Source: a virus (Duplodnaviria > Caudoviricetes). From it: a stretch of DNA of 25,098 bases. The notes below the pieces were generated by a model. The model worked only from the letters and a program-made list of their open reading frames with translations. It searched no databases and was not told the origin of the DNA. This document shows positions 22,052 to 25,098 of this stretch, piece by piece. The stretch spans positions 1 to 25,098 of the IMG/VR virus record IMGVR_UViG_3300049917_000088. One strand, given 5' to 3'. Every line of letters begins with the position of its first letter. The first letter of the stretch is position 1. Made by a program: the position numbers and the translations under genes.

Positions 22052-24672
22052 TCATTCCTGAACAGGACTATCTCGCACACTACGGTATTCTCCGTAAGTC
22101 GGGTCGATACCCTTGGGGTTCTGGCGGTCCTGAGATCGCGAGCAACAAGTCCTTCCTCGAGATGGTGGATAGTCTTCGAGCTAAGGGTATGAGTGAGACC
22201 GAGGTCGCGTCCGGCTTGGGTATCACGACGACTCAGCTTCGGGCAGCGAAGTCCATCGCAAAGGCTGAAGAGAAGCAAGCCCAGATCGGAATGGCTCAGA
22301 GACTCAAGGACCGAGGCTATTCCAACGTAGCTATCGGTGCACGCATGAATATCCCTGAGTCCTCGGTCAGAGCTCTTCTTGCTCCCGGTCAGAAGGATCG
22401 TGCCGACGTTCTTGAGACTACGGCCAACATGCTCAAGGATCAGGTAAACAAGAAGGGCTATGTCGACGTCGGTAGCGGCGTTGAACATCATCTCGGCATC
22501 AGTCAGACGAAACTTAGCACTGCGGTGGCGAGGTTGAAAGAAGAAGGCTATACGGTCCACTACGTGAAGGTTGAGCAGCTGGGTACGGGCCAGCAGACCA
22601 CCATCAAGGTATTGGCCAAGCCGGACGTTCCTTACTCCGAGGTGTACAAGAATCGTGCAGACATCAAACAAGTCACGGATCATTCAGAAGATGGTGGCCG
22701 CAGCTATCTTGGGGTTAAGCCCCCCACTTCTGTATCTTCTCGGCGTGTGTCTGTACGCTACGCCGAACAAGGTGGCGCCGATGCTGATGGTGTCATCTAT
22801 GTACGTCCTGGTGTGGACGACCTATCTCTTGGGAAGTCTCGCTACGCGCAGGTAAGAATCGCGGTGGACGGATCGCACTACCTCAAGGGTATGGCGATGT
22901 ACAAGGATGATCTGCCGGCCGGCACAGATCTCGTGTTCAACACGAACAAGAAGAGCACGGGTAACAAGCTCGACGCCATGAAAGAGTTGAAGAAAGACGG
23001 AGCCACAGGAAAGGTCGATCTCGACAATCCTTTCGGTGCAACCATTCGTCGACAGCATGGCGTCATGAACATCGTGAACGAAGAGGGTGACTGGGAGACT
23101 TGGTCTCGTAGTTTGTCTTCTCAGATGCTGTCGAAACAGAATCACAAGCTTGCAGAGACACAGCTCAACATGACGTATGAGCGCAAGCGGCAAGATCTCG
23201 ACGACATCAAGAAGCTGAACAACCCTCAGGTGAAGAAGAAACTCCTCGAGTCTTACGCTGATGATGTGGATTCGTCGGCAGTTCACCTGAAGGCTGCTGC
23301 TCTCCCGCGTCAAGGATCACACGTCATCCTTCCCGTTAACTCGATGAAGGAGAACGAGATCTATGCGCCTAACTACCGTAATGGTGAACGGGTCGCGTTG
23401 GTTCGCTACCCGCACGGTGGAATCTTCGAGATCCCCGAACTCACAGTCAACAACCACGCGCCGGGAGCAAAGAAACTTCTGGGTAATGCTAAGGATGCTG
23501 TCGGCATTCACAGCAAGGTTGCCGGCAGATTGTCCGGCGCTGACTTCGACGGAGACACAGTCCTTGTCATCCCGAACAACAACAAGACTGTAAAGAGTTC
23601 GCCTGCTCTTTCCGGTCTAAAAGGATTCGATCCTCAGTCTGCGTATCCAGCGTATCCTGGGATGCCGAAGATGAGTGCACGCACCAAGCAGGTTCAGATG
23701 GGCGTTGTGTCCAACCTCATCACGGACATGACCATTCGTGGAGCTAACCAATCCGAGCTTGCTCGAGCAGTTCGGCACTCCATGGTGGTCATCGATGCGG
23801 AGAAGCACAACCTGAACTACAAGCAATCGGCGATCGACAACGGAATCGGTCAGCTGAAAGCTAAGTATCAGGGCAGCTCTAAGGCTGGTGCATCAACTCT
23901 GATCTCTAGAGCTGGTGCTGAAGTACGAGTTGCGGAGAGGAAGCAGGGTTACCGTATAGATCCGGCAACGGGCAGAAAGATCTATACAAAGACTGGTGCA
24001 TCCTATGTGGATGCTCGAGGTAAGGTGATTGTTAAGACTACTAGATCTAAGGGTCTGGCTGAAACTGACAACGCTAACACCTTGTCTTCAGGTACACCTA
24101 TCGAGAAGGCTTATGCCACCCACTCGAACAGACTGAAGGCTCTTGGTAACTCGGCTCGAAGAGAAGCAGCCAGCACAAAAGGTATTCCTTATTCGCCCTC
24201 AGCAAAGGCGGCGTACCATAAGGAAGTTGCTAATCTCGATCACAAGCTGAACCTCGCCCTTCGAAACGCCCCCCTCGAAAGACAAGCCCAGGTCATAGCA
24301 AACGCCATAGTCTCCCAGAAGAGGCAGGCAAACCCGGATCTTGAACCTTCTGAAATTAAGAAGCTGAAATCGCAGGCGCTAACAGAGGCCCGTATCAGGA
24401 CCGGTGCAAAGAAACACCGCATAGAACTAACTGATGCTGAATGGAAGGCTATCCAAGCAGGCGCCATCAGTAGCAGTAAGCTGAACAAGATCCTAAGTAA
24501 TGCTGATCTTGATCAGATCAAGAAGCTGGCCACACCGAAGTCAGCCAAGACCATGACCAGTGCCAAGAAGAACAGAGCCATGGCTATGCTTGCGGCAGGC
24601 TATACGCAGGCTGAGGTTGCTGATGCACTAGGTGTGTCCTTGACTACCCTCAAGGAGACTATCAATGAGTGA
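22048..24672 (+). CDS. Putative single-subunit two-barrel RNA polymerase (YonO / eukaryotic RdRP-like) with multiple HTH domains
   Basis: Ordered motifs ADGVI, QVRI...KGM, VRYPH, LSGADFDGD (aa 499-503 = DFDGD), MGVVSN, HSMVVIDAEK; HTH-like segments at about aa 46-66, 89-110, 145-168 and 851-872. Confidence 0.8.
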   Translation: MIIPEQDYLAHYGILRKSGRYPWGSGGPEIASNKSFLEMVDSLRAKGMSETEVASGLGITTTQLRAAKSIAKAEEKQAQIGMAQRLKDRGYSNVAIGARMNIPESSVRALLAPGQKDRADVLETTANMLKDQVNKKGYVDVGSGVEHHLGISQTKLSTAVARLKEEGYTVHYVKVEQLGTGQQTTIKVLAKPDVPYSEVYKNRADIKQVTDHSEDGGRSYLGVKPPTSVSSRRVSVRYAEQGGADADGVIYVRPGVDDLSLGKSRYAQVRIAVDGSHYLKGMAMYKDDLPAGTDLVFNTNKKSTGNKLDAMKELKKDGATGKVDLDNPFGATIRRQHGVMNIVNEEGDWETWSRSLSSQMLSKQNHKLAETQLNMTYERKRQDLDDIKKLNNPQVKKKLLESYADDVDSSAVHLKAAALPRQGSHVILPVNSMKENEIYAPNYRNGERVALVRYPHGGIFEIPELTVNNHAPGAKKLLGNAKDAVGIHSKVAGRLSGADFDGDTVLVIPNNNKTVKSSPALSGLKGFDPQSAYPAYPGMPKMSARTKQVQMGVVSNLITDMTIRGANQSELARAVRHSMVVIDAEKHNLNYKQSAIDNGIGQLKAKYQGSSKAGASTLISRAGAEVRVAERKQGYRIDPATGRKIYTKTGASYVDARGKVIVKTTRSKGLAETDNANTLSSGTPIEKAYATHSNRLKALGNSARREAASTKGIPYSPSAKAAYHKEVANLDHKLNLALRNAPLERQAQVIANAIVSQKRQANPDLEPSEIKKLKSQALTEARIRTGAKKHRIELTDAEWKAIQAGAISSSKLNKILSNADLDQIKKLATPKSAKTMTSAKKNRAMAMLAAGYTQAEVADALGVSLTTLKETINE

Positions 24673-24678
24673 GGAGGA

Positions 24679-24924
24679 ATGATGGCAGAACACATGCTCA
24701 CTACTGTGGACAATCCATTCAATCCCTTCACTCACTTCGATGAGTGGTACACATGGGATGAGGCTGCTGGATACAGAACTACTTCTTTCTTGGCAAGAAT
24801 AGTTTCTACTTCTGATGATCTATCAGAGGCTGATGAGAGTCTTGCCATTGAGGAGGCAATCAATGAGATCGTTGAAGAGAACGTTCTTGGTCTTTATCGA
24901 AAGATCGAAGCAGATTCATCATGA
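24679..24924 (+). CDS. Conserved acidic hypothetical protein
   Basis: RBS GAGGAGG; MLTTVDNPFNPFTHFDEWYTWD. Confidence 0.75.
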   Translation: MMAEHMLTTVDNPFNPFTHFDEWYTWDEAAGYRTTSFLARIVSTSDDLSEADESLAIEEAINEIVEENVLGLYRKIEADSS

Positions 24925-25070
24925 TCTTTGCTTCGACAACTCAGAGTTTGCTTGGTCTCTGGCTAAGAAGCTAGCGATCGTCGAGCTCACCAAAGAGAAG
25001 AACAAAGCGTTCCCTCTCCATCTCTACGTTGCTGTTTGATCTTGTGGATGTTGGGAGATAAATTGTAAGA

Positions 25071-25098
25071 CCGGGGGGAGGGGTCGCAAGAATGACCC
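25071..25098. other. G-rich element / truncated hairpin, probably near the genome end
   Basis: CCGGGGGGAGGGGTC-GCAAGAAT-GACCC at the window edge, after the last gene. Confidence 0.4.

Overview
This is roughly the right-hand 25 kb of a siphovirus genome. All credible genes are on the + strand. Gene content and order resemble the actinophage group that includes Rhodococcus ReqiPepy6/Poco6-like, Streptomyces BI-like and Arthrobacter AM/AU-like phages (recognised from memory, not by search). Order: tape-measure C-terminus, tail tip genes, holins; an accessory region (4.3-11.3 kb) rich in small membrane proteins and DUF6353-like paralogs; a helicase-primase-PolB fusion; SSB; small accessory genes including an Acb2/Tad1-like protein; an SF2 helicase; an AT-rich palindrome (candidate origin); a degenerate HNH; VRR-NUC and PD-(D/E)XK nucleases; an 874-aa protein; and what is probably the approach to the genome end. 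The main result is a candidate phage-private expression system. (i) The 874-aa protein carries the ordered motif set of YonO/eukaryotic-RdRP-type single-subunit two-barrel RNA polymerases (DFDGD), plus four HTH-like segments. (ii) A fixed-spacing motif TCGCA-N5-TACA-N5-TATAAT occurs four times exactly, with a variant upstream of the polymerase operon. (iii) These motifs head promoter-leader-ORF-terminator cassettes that share a CCCCTACGAAAGG leader. (iv) Three structured intergenic RNAs are present, and one displays in its apical loop the antisense of that shared leader. The motifs and pairings are read directly from the sequence; the functions are inferred.
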